Source: Styela clava
Lineage: Eukaryota
Length of the DNA stretch: 64,000 bases
Assembly (NCBI RefSeq): GCF_964204865.1
Contig: NC_135262.1
Span: forward strand, 12,214,001 to 12,278,000
Reading direction: 5' to 3'
In this document: positions 35,734 to 49,300 of the stretch, in pieces
How the letters are laid out: every line of letters begins with the position of its first letter
Position numbering within the stretch: position 1 is the first letter of the stretch
Translations under genes and position numbers: made by a program
The notes under the pieces: generated by a model
What the model was told of the DNA's origin: nothing
The model's database searches: none
The model's input: the letters and a program-made list of their open reading frames with translations, nothing else

Positions 35734-38054
35734 TATTTTTCCATTAGTAGCAGACTTTATGTACGAGCCTAAATGTTCTTTGTACACTTACTAATTATAG
35801 TTATTTTCTGAAATGAAGAGTTCAGTCTATATATTTAATTTATTTTAGGATTTATTGCTATGCCACTTTCAACATATATTGCCTTAACATACGATAACAT
35901 AAAGTCCTGCTATAATTTCAATTTTGTTATGAAGTCAATTCTCAATATATCTCAACAAAGTTTGTTTTATTTTAATCAGTATTTATTTATGTTTTTTATT
36001 TCTAATTCGTTTAATCAAAGCACACCATTTCATTTAATACAGGACTTTATGAACATCAGATCAAGTATGATTGCGACATTATTGGTCGTCTATGAACGCT
36101 TTACATACGCTATGTCGCATTAAACCTCGACTTCCTATTAAACTGTACTTTTGGTATCAATTTAAGAATTACTTTCTATAAAATTCGCCTAAATATTAAT
36201 ATGACTCCGTGTATTCATTGATTGTGAGCCACGTTTATCATTGGAATATAGTAATTCGTCCAATTTGGCTAATATGACATGCAGACAAATTTATTATATG
36301 CTTGAAGAATTTTGAAACAAAACACACGCCGCGATCGTTGTATTTATTCTAAGGCTAAGTTAGGGCCCAAAAAAAATTGTTGAGCGAATTATCATCCATA
36401 TAAATGATCTGAGATCGGCGCCCAAATTCGAATATCATTTCTGTCGAACTAAGCCTATTTTTTGTTGACGAAACAATGGTGTCATTTCAATAATATATAT
36501 ATAAATTGTAAAAAAACAATCGTGGAATTATCAAAACGACAAATTCTTTTTTACCAAAATGTGGATAGCCTATCTCATCATTCACATCTCTTACTGTTTA
36601 TCTTAATCTCGATATAAAAACGAAAGAAAATGCTCTCCGCGCCTCTAAACCAGACAGGTTTCTCCTAAAATACAAAGCGGCTCAGACTGAAATATTACAA
36701 AATTTAATCACCTCTCGCGTATTGCTTTTCATGACGAAAAATGTTGCAATTAAGATAGCCATTTATCACTGTAATTAGAAAGTAAACTTAACAACATATC
36801 AATTGTACTGTCTTCTTGTTTCCCAGAACGATAACTCTATTTTCTGAATATTAGAAAATTTATTTTTCTAATAAGTGAGCATTTTGAGTTTGTGAATGAT
36901 TCACGTAGTTCTTACTAGGAAGGCACCGTAGATAACGAATTCGATGTTTGGAGACTGATTACCAGGTGTATGTTCTCTCTGTGAATTGGCTAAAGAAGTT
37001 GCTCATCTTATACGAGTACGACGTTCGTTTTTGCATTTGTTTACGACGTTAAAAGACCTGAGTATACATCCCAGTTCTATTACACTTTTCAAATTTCGAC
37101 AACGCCATCAAGTCTGAATATCTCTTCACTAATGAAATCCAAAACAAAAAAATGTTAGATACATAAAACAATAAATGTGCTAAATTTGAAACCAGGGTTT
37201 TAGCTACAAAATATAGTATCCAAATCCCAAGGCTTATTCCTCAATCTGATCGATAGGATATTTTTCATGCCTAAAATGAATACAAAAGTTTCCCAATGGC
37301 TCACGAAGAAAAACAATTAAAAGTTTCGTTAACGTAAAATAACACTTTAAAAATAAACAAAAAATAATGAGCTAATTACATGTAAATATAGAACTCCTTT
37401 TTTCATTTGCTTTTATAATCTTTTTCGTACTTTATTCATTTAAACGTTTATCGAACTCCTGTGCTTGCTTTATTTCCATTTGATTTGATGTTGACTTGAA
37501 TATTTTATATATATATATATATATATTTGTAATACTCCAGACAGCCAAATTGACAGAGGTCGGATTTTATTAATTTAATCATATATATACCGTTGAGCTC
37601 AAAATTTCCGATATTACGAGGGTTCGCTTCAGTGTTCAGTTCATAAGTGTAATGAATACGTAAAACCTTCAAATATTTTCATAGCGTTTATGACTGACTT
37701 GCTTAGAACGTGACGAGTACTAATCACGTTCCGAACTGACAGTCTTAACTTAAATACTGTAGTTTATAGTATATATTGGTACAAAGTGTATCAGATATTG
37801 TATTCGAGGTTAAGGTAACACTTTTCTGGCGCACAACATCGTTTCCTTGTACTTATTGAGTTAACGAGTAATACGACACGCCTCGAAACTAACTCGTGTA
37901 TTTATTACGTAACAATAACGTATAATAAATACTTCAGGTTATTCATTACGTACGCTTTTTTCGATACGCACTAGAAGTGTATTGCGGATACTTATGATTT
38001 TAGTAGTTCCTCATGTAGTCAGTAGATTATAACAATTGGATATGTGTAGCCGTA

Positions 38055-38205
38055 TAATCGAGGACGCGGTTACGCGAACCACTCTACGGCGGCGAGGAGT
38101 TCAGCAATTCTCTCGAACACAATTGTCCCCTGTGGGCTCGAACCCACACAGGGGAATCAAGAGGTCAGGTGGCGAGCGCATTCCTAACGCCGAGTCTGCC
38201 GAGCC
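38055..38205 (-). mobile_element. SINE family A, 5' tRNA-like part
   Basis: Reverse complement reads cggctcggcagactcggcgttaggaatgcgctcgccacctgacctcttgattcccctgtgtgggttcgagccc...gagagaattgctgaactcctcgccgccgtag, matching 55172-55300. Confidence 0.7.
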
Positions 38206-40312
38206 GACTGATTGCTATCAATATCGCATGAAAATTGACCAAATGGTGACTCGCAAAAAAACTTGAAAATGCAACTCACCGTCCCATGCGTTGACGACAC
38301 ACTGCCGATTCTACTATGCAAGGGGACGTAAGTTAGAATCCCGACATTTTGGCTGGTTGTTTGCAGACATTGGTATTAAACGAAATGGAAAATTCTTGCA
38401 GGGCCTGGTCGGGGAAGTGGATAGACACACATCTGCCCTCCGCGGACATAAATATTCGTGTATCTTTTACTAGAGCAAATGAGAGTACGGTAATTTCCTC
38501 TCTACTAAAATCGTGTATTCATTGAATAAGTTAAGTAAAATCTTAATTTTGACAAAATAACACAAGACAGATATTCATTTCAGTATTTATTTGGCAAATG
38601 TGGATAGAACGATGAACTTTTCTAGAATGAATATACCATCAATTGCATAAATAATTAAATGAAACATTCATGATATAAATTAATATGAATTTAGGCCAGA
38701 AGAATGAAAACCTGTACAAACCGAATTTCGTTGCTGACTATCAGTACCACCATTGGAATCATGCACATACTGAAACATATACATGAAACAAGTTTGGCTT
38801 CCAAATATTTGAAAAATCTACCTAGTACTAAATCTAGGATATAAATTCCATTATTACACTATACGTGTAGTAAACCATGTGAATAGAACTGAAACGGAGT
38901 CAAGAAAACTGAAAATATATCTAAACAATTATATGTGTTTGGAGTTGCAATGTATATATGAATAAAATCGTAATCTGAAAGGCTTCCTCCTTAGAGGGCT
39001 TGTTGGGCTGTCATTCGATAGCAGTCCTCGATGCAATAACAAGTTTTCGTCTACATTAATACCTACAAAAACTACAAATTACAAGAATTAAACTACAAAT
39101 TGTTAAAAAAGTTACGCAAAATTAAGGTAAAATTCTTAGTCTTTGCAAGGTTAAAAAAGTAACTGTCAAAAAACGGCAGTCGTGAAATGTTTAAATGGAA
39201 GTTCACCGTAATTTAATACTGATAAAAGCTTTTAGTCATTAAATGTTTTAAATTTAAGTAGCATTTCATCTTAACTTCTGTTAATTTTGCGTTACTTTTT
39301 TAACACCCTGTATATTTTTTGCATTAAAAATGAGATATCGGAAGTTGCTTTTTTATTTCTAAGTATGATGTTCCAGAGCAACTTTGCATGAGATTGAATA
39401 ATATAAAATGAACGGAGAACAGTTTTCAATCATTTGAAACCATCACAATTGCTAAACTACACATATATAATTTGAAATGAATCAGTTTATTTTTATATGA
39501 TTGAGTTGTTTAATTTAGGTTAATGTTTAATATTGAATTGTTCGGTTGCTATTTTTCTAGCTTCAGTTCAGCTATAAGATATCGTTGACTAGATGGCTCT
39601 TGGAGTCTTTCGCGACCCCCTCGTTAACTGCAACAAGCCGATATCCGTTTCGTGATTTGTTTCGTTCCTTTTATTTATATATCCTCCTATATATATACGA
39701 TTAGTAACACTTCTTTTTCTTGGCAGAATTAAACATCTACTGCCTGCCCAGCATAATTGGTTAAATAAACGGTTAAATAATTGGTTTTGATGACGAATAG
39801 GCACCACTAACACCATATAAATGATATGAATGTACTATTTTGCCTACAATTAGTTATAGCATTGTCATAATATATCATGTAAACATAAATTAAATTTCAC
39901 TAGTAAAATGAAATAAATGCAAGAATTACCTAAAAAATGATAATTCTGGTAAAGCATGATTACATAAGAGTATCAAATTTTTTTAATCTCATAATCTAAA
40001 GTAAAAGTTTTTTCAAGATTATAGAATTCTAGAAGTAGTATAGTATAACTCAAACACTGAGAGCATAAAACTTATATAGGCGAACCACGAAAAACAAACC
40101 AATGTCATTTTGAATATATTAATCTAGAGAGAACATAACGTTTGTGCATAACGTCTTGGATTACTGAAACTCTTGGGTACAATCGTACACAAATAGAAGT
40201 TCAAAGGTTAAATAAATTATCCTAATTTCTGCAGAAATAATTAAAAATTTATGGTTTCCGCTTTGTTTGGATCACCATGTATGTGTAAAACAATTCAATC
40301 TAGATTAATAAC

Positions 40313-43300
40313 CTAATGTGCTTGTTGAGTTTGCTGGTATTCATAGATACTTCCACGTGGTACAAATTCATGATTTGTTGAATTTCCATCATTTTCAAGT
40401 TTTCTGCGTTTTGCTTCACTAGGTTCACTATTTTCATCTTCTGCAGTTCCATAACCTCCCCCACCAGGTGATAAAAGGCGGAAAACATCCTAAAAAGTGA
40501 TTCCAATAGGAGAGTGAGAAGACCATAAAATGCCTTGATCATATAGGGAACATATCGTCCCACTAGCAATGCAGGACACAGACCAGCCTATCATTTAATT
40601 AATACAGATGCAAGACATGGATGACCAGTGGCATTCAAATCATGTTAATCTTTTTACACTGAAAATAACTTAGACTGGTGGTCGAAGTGTTAGTCAAAGT
40701 TATGATGGCATTGCAGGTTGAAATCTCAGACCACCACCTCAAACAGAGTGTAATAAATTGAGTAGGCAATGGCGAATAGGAAACTTTCCTCTGCCTTCAA
40801 ATTACAGTAGCTCCTTACCTAAGAAGGCTCTGGAAAATTGTGGGTCGTTCGATGCACTAACTAGTAGTAATTAACAATGTTTTAAACTTAGATCACTATC
40901 AGGAGAAACTTTTTGATGAAAGGGTTACGAATAACATCATGGAACACATATTATCTAACAAAAACTTACAAATATACTTTGTAGGAAGGGATTGAGTTAC
41001 TGGTATTTGATACATTACTCATGCTGTACCCACCCCTGCATGAACATCCAGTGTGTTCTTTCCACCCAAGTTGATCATAGGACCATTGTGACGTATCAAT
41101 AGATTCTGTCCTTTTGCTCCAGGTTGACCACCTTCAGAATACAAAAACATAGTTCAATTCTGTCACTTGTCATCGCGCCACTGTTCCCCAGTGCAATTTA
41201 TAGGTTGGAATCCTGCGAGGGTTAATTTTGTGCGAGGAGATTGCTGGATATTTCACAATTGTGATTCACAAACTTCCATATCTCAATTGAACTAAATAAA
41301 TGACATCGCGAGACACACTTATTCAAGTTTTCGTTGAGAATTCAATCTTTCGGTTCGGTTTGGCTTTGCCAACTCAATTCCTTACTTCTGGATCCAATGT
41401 AACTGCAAGAACACATCATTACCTGCCATTCCATAAGGTGAGAACACTCTCCTCTCACACAAGACAGAAAGCACAAGATCTTTGCGAAATAATATTTCTC
41501 TCCTAACTCCATCTCCGCCTTTGTAACGACCATGACCTCCGGTACTAGGGTTCAGATGAAAGCGTTGAAGAATAACTGCATATCTAATAGGAAAAACGGT
41601 AAATCGTTAGCAAAAGGTTCATTGGTCAATCAAATTTAAAACAAACATAATTGTTGTAATCATGAATGTGTCAAGTGTTGTAAAAACAAAACCCGAAGAC
41701 AGGACAGTCCCTCACAATATTAGACAAAATAAAAGTTTTGAGAAATCAACACACCTTCTTTCCAGGATTTCAGGATCTGTTATTCTTGTATTTGTCATGT
41801 GAGTGTGAACTCCACTCCGTCCATGCCATGTTGGTCCCTGAAAAAAATAGGTCCCAACTTTACTATAGATTCGTAATATATTAACATTTTACTGAAGAAT
41901 TTTCAACCCAAATATGTTTACCGTGATATATGTATTTTATTCAGAAATTTAACCAAGAAATCAACTCACAGCACCAGCTCCTCCTGCTATTGTTTCGTAA
42001 TATCCAACTTTTGCATCCCCGAATGTTACATTGTTCATACAACCCTGAAAAGGAAAATAAATAAATATTGAACTGTGGCAACTGGAGTGGAGTGTCAATT
42101 GGTGATATGTTAGCAAGTTTATCCATAGCATAGCAACAATAGACCGTATAAACATATGAATAATATATCACTGTTTAGAGCAGGGGTGGGTAGGGTTTTG
42201 AACCAGGGGCCAAAAATTTTGCCCTCTTCAAACTGACGGGCCATATGAGTGTGTCGTATAAAGTTACATTTTATGAGCAATATTTTCAGTCTTACATGAG
42301 TAAAAGTGGAAAACGATAAGCCTCATGCCAAAACTAAATTTAATCATAATCTCAGCAAATTCCTTAATCTATCTTTTAGCTAAAACATAGAAATTTGGTT
42401 TTAGTTCAGTTGTGGCAGCATCAGGTTGGCTGGATTAAATTACTCAAAGGGCAGGTTTGACCCGCAGGCCTTAGTTTGCACATGTCTCGTTTAGAGCGAT
42501 AATTTGAGTGAATTCATGTTATAATAAAAAATAATATTAATAAAAAATGGATATTAGGCCTACTCATGGATGGAAATTAAAAATTCATTCTTGGAAATAG
42601 TGATCACTTTTCGTAGATTTTGCACAGAAGAACACAAAAATAACTGATACTATAAACAACTTAACAAGGGAGCAGTGCTCAATTATATGAACACGAATCG
42701 CCCAAAAAAACGGATCCCATGAAGTCACAGAATTTTTTGAAATAAATACTTTAGCCTAGCCTTCTAGAGACAAAACAAACTAACCACTGAAAATTGGTAC
42801 AGCAATCAAATAGAGAAGTGATTCTTTCAAAACAACGAAAAAAGAAGAAGAAAATACAAAAGAACAACAACAACATAATAATAAATCCACTATAGGTCCA
42901 ATTCGTGTCCAAAAAGGGGACATCAAAAGAATTTTTAATGGTATTGAAGTAGATTCGCCATTACAAATAAAACTCAATAATTTCTTGTTCCTAATTTAAT
43001 TTTTCTGGCTTATCATATTGCATTGATAAAATATTTGGGTCATTTATTCTTATGTCTTTCATGCTCCTTATTTTTATTATATACCTGAGAAGCAGCACAA
43101 GTCTGGAATGCTCTGAACACAACATCAGTTATCCTTTGTGATGTCAAAGTATTTCCACCAATCACAGCTGCGTCTTCAATTGGATCAAGAAGACTCCATT
43201 TGGGAATGTTAACTTTAACAGGAGCAAGACAACCCTGAGTAAGAAAAAAAAATAGACAAGTGTCTAGTTTGCTCAGTAAAAAGGATTTTGATAACATAAC

Positions 43301-46300
43301 TTTTTCACAGCGATGGCGTGAAAATGTCATAAAAAAACATAGTTTCGAGACATAAAATGAATTCTTGAATTACCTGATTCAATGGAACATCATATCCCAC
43401 CATGCATCTCAAGCAATATATCAGAGCTGATAGTGTTACAGCTCGTGGTGCATTCAAATTACCATGTACCATAGAACCTGTTCCTGTGAAATCAATGAGT
43501 GCAGTACCCTGAGAAAAATATATATTTGATCATCTAGTTTGTAATTCTTGTGGGCACTATGACCCATTACTTCATCTAGTTTGCAATAAAAGAGGTAGTG
43601 GCTACTTGTCTATGGCTTTATTCAAAGCTAAGGTTTGAATCATCTTGTGATATTATGATTTCTCAACAGCAACATGAGAAATTTTAAAAACAAATAAGGA
43701 CAAGATGGCCTAGCTTTTAATTAAAGCGTCAGACCTATCTGTGTTGGCAATAAGATTATGATCTCGGGAGCAGGCCCCATGACCCCCGCCTCACTCAGGG
43801 TGTAATAAATGGGTAGGCAATGCCGAACCGGGAAGATTTCGGTCCTTCCAAATATACAGCAGCTCGATGCATATCGTTAGATATCTGTGTCTACTTGTAC
43901 GGAGTGAAAGTCACTAGCAATCGACGTAATATGAAAACAAGAAAATGCTCGCCTTTATAAAAATTTATCAACATGTTAACAAATTTTAATAATCAATTTT
44001 AATTTACAATCGATTTAGATTTGATATACACAAATTACCAGATTCTTTTTGCTGGTACATTGATATTTCAATAAATGAAAATCTGCTATATGATATTTTA
44101 ATATATGAAGCAACTCAAGTTATGAAAGAAAGATTATCACCTTTCCTCCATCCAATTCAATCTTAAGTTTTATACATGAACCATCGTCCAAGAAATCTTC
44201 TGATTCCAATGTTGTTAAACCAGTAGATGAATTGTCTAAATTCAAAAAATGATAGAAAATTCACATTTTCATGGTAAGTCAGTAAGGTAGCTAAATCATA
44301 TGGTAAACCACTGCCTGCCATCAAGGTATAATTCATCCATATTTGACGGGTATGTGAATAGTTTATTATCTAATGACTTTGTTACAAATCTATGAAGTTG
44401 AACGGTCGAGAAAGATGTAATCAATCAGAGGTATTGTGATGCAACTTGTGACCTGTCTCCAAAAATGTTATGTCCCACTTGTACCACAATTGTCCGACTT
44501 CACAATCCTCGCCCCAGTTGTTCACACTTGTATCACTCGAAACCAAACGTATATATGACAAGTGAGAAACAACATTTTTACGACACCCCCTAACAACCCC
44601 CCCTCCCCCCAAACCTCCACCCCCAAATATGGCATTGGGGAGTCCAACAATCCTCATGGCCCATACATGATAAAAGGCAGCAGCATGATGATAACTGTTC
44701 CTAATGCATAGCTAGCAAATTGCGCAACATATACCGGTAGTGGGAGTATAACAGAAATTGTATACTGAATTATCGAAAGTTATGATTAATTACACATGTA
44801 ATTTTACAAATTTAAGATCCGGTTAAATCAATTTCATGCAATTTTCCTGTTTGCAAAGAATTATAAATAATCGTGCATCATTCTATCTGAAGGTCACCAT
44901 AAAAAATATAATTTTGACACTGATATTAACTATTATCATTACTCACATTTTTCTTTATTTTTTTGTGCAATATCTTTCAACATATCTCGAACAGCAACTT
45001 CTGCATTTTCTTGTATATGTTTCATGTACGCCTGAACAACTTCTAATCCATAGTAATCTATCAGTTCTGTGACTAACTTGATACCCTGGAATAAATTTCA
45101 ACCAAATGTAATTAAAGGGGAAATGGCACATTCACTGTCATATCGAATACCAGAAGTTAGCGATAATATATTAGTCACGACAAAATTACAGATAGTTTAA
45201 GAAAATTTAAAGCTAATTCAATTAGATATGAAAATGTTGGCAACATACAAGAATAGTCAAAAAACATTTTACAAAAAATTACTGCATACCTACTGTGTAT
45301 TATAAATAGTTGTTAAATTTGTCTCAGAGATCGCTTTTTGCAACAATATGTATATCCAAACAATTTATTAAATAACTGCTTATTGAATAAAACACATAAC
45401 TGTGATTAGCATATAATATGATTCAACTGTGACAAATAATAATTCAAAATATTATTCTCTGAATATGAGGTTGTTAAGCGAGATGGTATAGAAAATATAT
45501 ATTCAAAACATACTCTCTGATTGGCTGCAACTTGCGCTCTTAAATCAGCTAGATTATCATGAAGATTCCTAGTTCCACTGCAGCCAGGAATTTTTTTTAC
45601 TGGAGTCTTTAGAATTTTTGACACCTCTAAAATATGAACAAAAACAGTTTTACTAGTTATTACTAAAATGCAAAAACATGATCCAAATTTTTTTACCTCT
45701 TCAATAACGTTTTAATCGGAGTACAACCCTTCATATCAATGTCTTTATGTAGGAGGTTTACAAAAATTGCGAACATTATAAGATGGCAAAATTATGAAAA
45801 AACTAGTTTACTATGTCATTGAAAGGAACTGAACCGTATTCCTCTATCAAGATTACATTTATATATAAGGAGTTACATATTAAACCAGACATGGGCAAAC
45901 TACAGGCCGCAGGCGAAATTTGTCCAGTTAGAAAATTCAATCTGGCCCGCCTGATTCTGCCACAACCAAACTGAAAAAAAAATGTTTATGCTAAAAAATA
46001 GCTTAAGGAATTTTTTGAGATTGTGATCAAATTTAGTTTAGTCACAAGGCTTATTGTTTTCCACTCTTGCATTTGTAACACTGAAAATATTGTTCATAAA
46101 ATGTAACTTTTATGTCACACTTTAAATGCCCGCCAGTCTAGTTGAGCAAAATTTTTGGCCCATTGGTATATAGCGATAGCCATATATAGTGCGAAACCGA
46201 TGTAAATTCTGGAAGGCCATCGGGCATCATTCCAGGGCTGTGTGGATCACGGTGTCAAGCCCACTGTTAATTTGAGTATATGGAGTGATAAACTTATTGA

Positions 46301-49300
46301 TAAAAAATATTGCACACTTCCTTCGTGTCACTCAGCCCGCATTATGATTAAATGAATCAGGTAAAAAGAAAACAAAAACCTCTCCTTACGTTTCTCCTGA
46401 AAAATTCCATCTTTCACAAGTTTAAATGAAATAAATACGGCACCCTCTTCATGGATTGATTTGGAATTAGGAGGCATTGAACCTGGAACTAAACCACCGA
46501 TATCAGCGTGATGTCCTCGATTTGCAACAAAAAATATAGGTTTTGATTTGCTCGGATGAAATACCTGTCAAATATATAATTTCAAACTGAATAACAGTGC
46601 ACAGTATAAATAAAAGTGTCAGAGTGTCAAATAAGATTAAAAACTTGACATTGAAACAATCATAAAAGAATCTATGCCAGTGGTTCTCAAACAGTGCAGC
46701 ACGCCCGACAAGGGGGCCATTGACAATTTTTTAAGGGGGCGTGAAGCTCATTAACAATAAGAAAATTTGTCAGATTTGATCTTGCCACATATTCCATCCA
46801 CATATTTTCAAAGTGTTTTTTGAATGAAACATACTTTTGCCTTACTATCTGATAATTGGAGCTTATCGTTAGTTATTTTTGAGGTGGGGTGCGAGACTTG
46901 ACAAATTATAAAAAGGGGCGCGGCCTAACAAGTTTGAGAACCACTAATCTATGCGATTCAAGAGTCTCGCTGCAACCCCAACCTAAATATTTGTGGAATG
47001 TTTCATCTGATCAGACACTTCAATCACATAGAATGATTATCTTTATTGTAACAATATATACATACAGATCCACAAGCCCACAGGTATATAGAAAGCTGAT
47101 AAATTGATAGTAAAGTTCTTTTTTCTGAGCAAGTTCATTAATATTAGTTAAAATCAACAACGTCCAAATTTCCAAAAGCAAACTTGTTTGAGATGTATTT
47201 TTTGTGTTTATAAATTGTAAAGAGGCAACAAACAGGTCACAAAGAATGTCTTAATATTCATAAATAAATAAGAAAACATACCGGTGTAATGACAGTAAGA
47301 TCAGGCAAATGACTTCCTCCAGCACAAGGATGGTTTGATAGAATATGATCTCCTTCTTTCAAATCGTCTCCAAGAGCCCTCATCTGCATTTAATAGCAAT
47401 AGAAACTTATGAGAATTATAGTGTAATAGGATGGCGGACCACTCGAGTAAGATATTTTTGTACTCTCCAGAGAAACTAGAGTCTGTTTTAACCTCAGCCG
47501 ACAGACCTCAAACTGTTGCCATTATTATATTGTATAAGACTGTTTGTTTTTGTTAGCATTTTGTATGACATTAACACAAATTCGATAGGACAGAATTATC
47601 ATAGGATAGGATTTACATATTTATTCCGGGGGAGAGGAAAGTTGATAAGACAGCTTAATCATATGGCGAACCACGGCCTCTCGTCCGGTTACCAGTCCAT
47701 GTCGGTCCAGTCATGTATAGGATATGTTAGCCACCATACTATGGCAGCAAGGAAAACTCGCCTTCGGCCGATTATTTCAAGAATTACCTGGTATTGAACT
47801 GCTTCTTGCATGGCACCCAGATGAACAGGAATATGAGGAGCATTAGATACAAGTCCACCATCAGGATCAAATAATGCACAAGAGAAATCAAGACGTTCCT
47901 GAAAAAAAAAAAAAAATTGAACTTTTAGGCTATAGTACGATTCATGTAAGAGTTTTCTCATTTATGTTTTACTGCTTATTCTTTTGGTGACAAAGACAAA
48001 CCCAGATTGACGAAAATGTGGTGATTGAGACAATAAATAATTTTAACAACCACAAATAGTGCCAAATAAATATCAATCCCTAAAAATACAACAACAGAAA
48101 ACTATTTCCGAAATATAAAATGTGGTGGGTCTTGTTGAAAACGGAGCAAGTAAAAGTTTCGATATCAGGTATTGAAATTTACTGAAAAATTGTAAAGACA
48201 ATTAATTACGAAGAAGAAGAGACTAATAAAACCAAGAAAGGTTACAAAACAACAAACTATACTTGATCCTAACCCCATACAAACCTTTATATTTGTGGAT
48301 ATGGAAGTTCTTTGCAAGATTCTTCCCATTTGTTCAGCAATGCTCATGAATCTGAAAAATTGGAACAGATTTCAAATTTTGCTTTTCATAAACGAGAATT
48401 GAATAAACTGTGTCTGTATTTCACTATCAAGAAAGAGAAAGTACATTCATATATAACAAGGAGTTACAAATCATTCACTCGTTCTAGTGGTACAGGTGAA
48501 AATGCTAAGGTCACTGGCAGTTATATGCTATGATGAAGCTTTTTTGTAATTTACTTCCAGTGTTAATTACAGTTGGTGCTTATGATAATCTTCCGTCATC
48601 TTCCACAAGAGTCGAATCTATGCTGCGTCAAGCTTATCGATTACCAACCTTATATGCTACTGTCACACCAACCAGCCCGCTAAGTTCTATTTCCTAACAT
48701 AACATAATCTTTACCTGTGTGAGAATATTGAGAGTTGGATTGAATCCAGTTCAGTGTCAACTTTCTTGTGAATCCCATCGCCAATGGTAATGCAAATATC
48801 ACCTGAATGTATATGATAAATGAAATTCAATTTAGTTCGAATTATATGGTAAGAAAAATCTCTTAGCTACCCATGTATTGGCTAATTTTTTGAAAATTGA
48901 AGATAAAAAATATGACAGAAGACAAAATGATAATTGAGTTATTTGATTTAAATCATAATATCAGAAACACAAATAGAAATAGATGGCTAGCGAAATAACT
49001 AAAATACGGTAATTTTTACAACCAATCGTGAAAACCTGTCTAAGCCATTTTTTAATTGTTACATCACAGTTGACATCCTGCTGATTGCCCAATATTACAG
49101 AAATAAACAAAAAGAGTTGACATTAAGGGAAACATCCATCAATCATAATTATTACAAAATCTTATATCAAAAAAACAATTTTTCCTACCTTCATCTGTGA
49201 TAACCGCAGTACAGTCAGGTTCAACTAATATTGTACTATTCTTATCAATGATTATCGCTGGTCCTGTGATTGTGTGATCAGAATATAGATCTTCAAGTAA

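Noticed and set aside
38960-39020. SECIS-like ATGA...AA...GA on the - strand
   Set aside because: No convincing stem, and no in-frame TGA in OPLAH.
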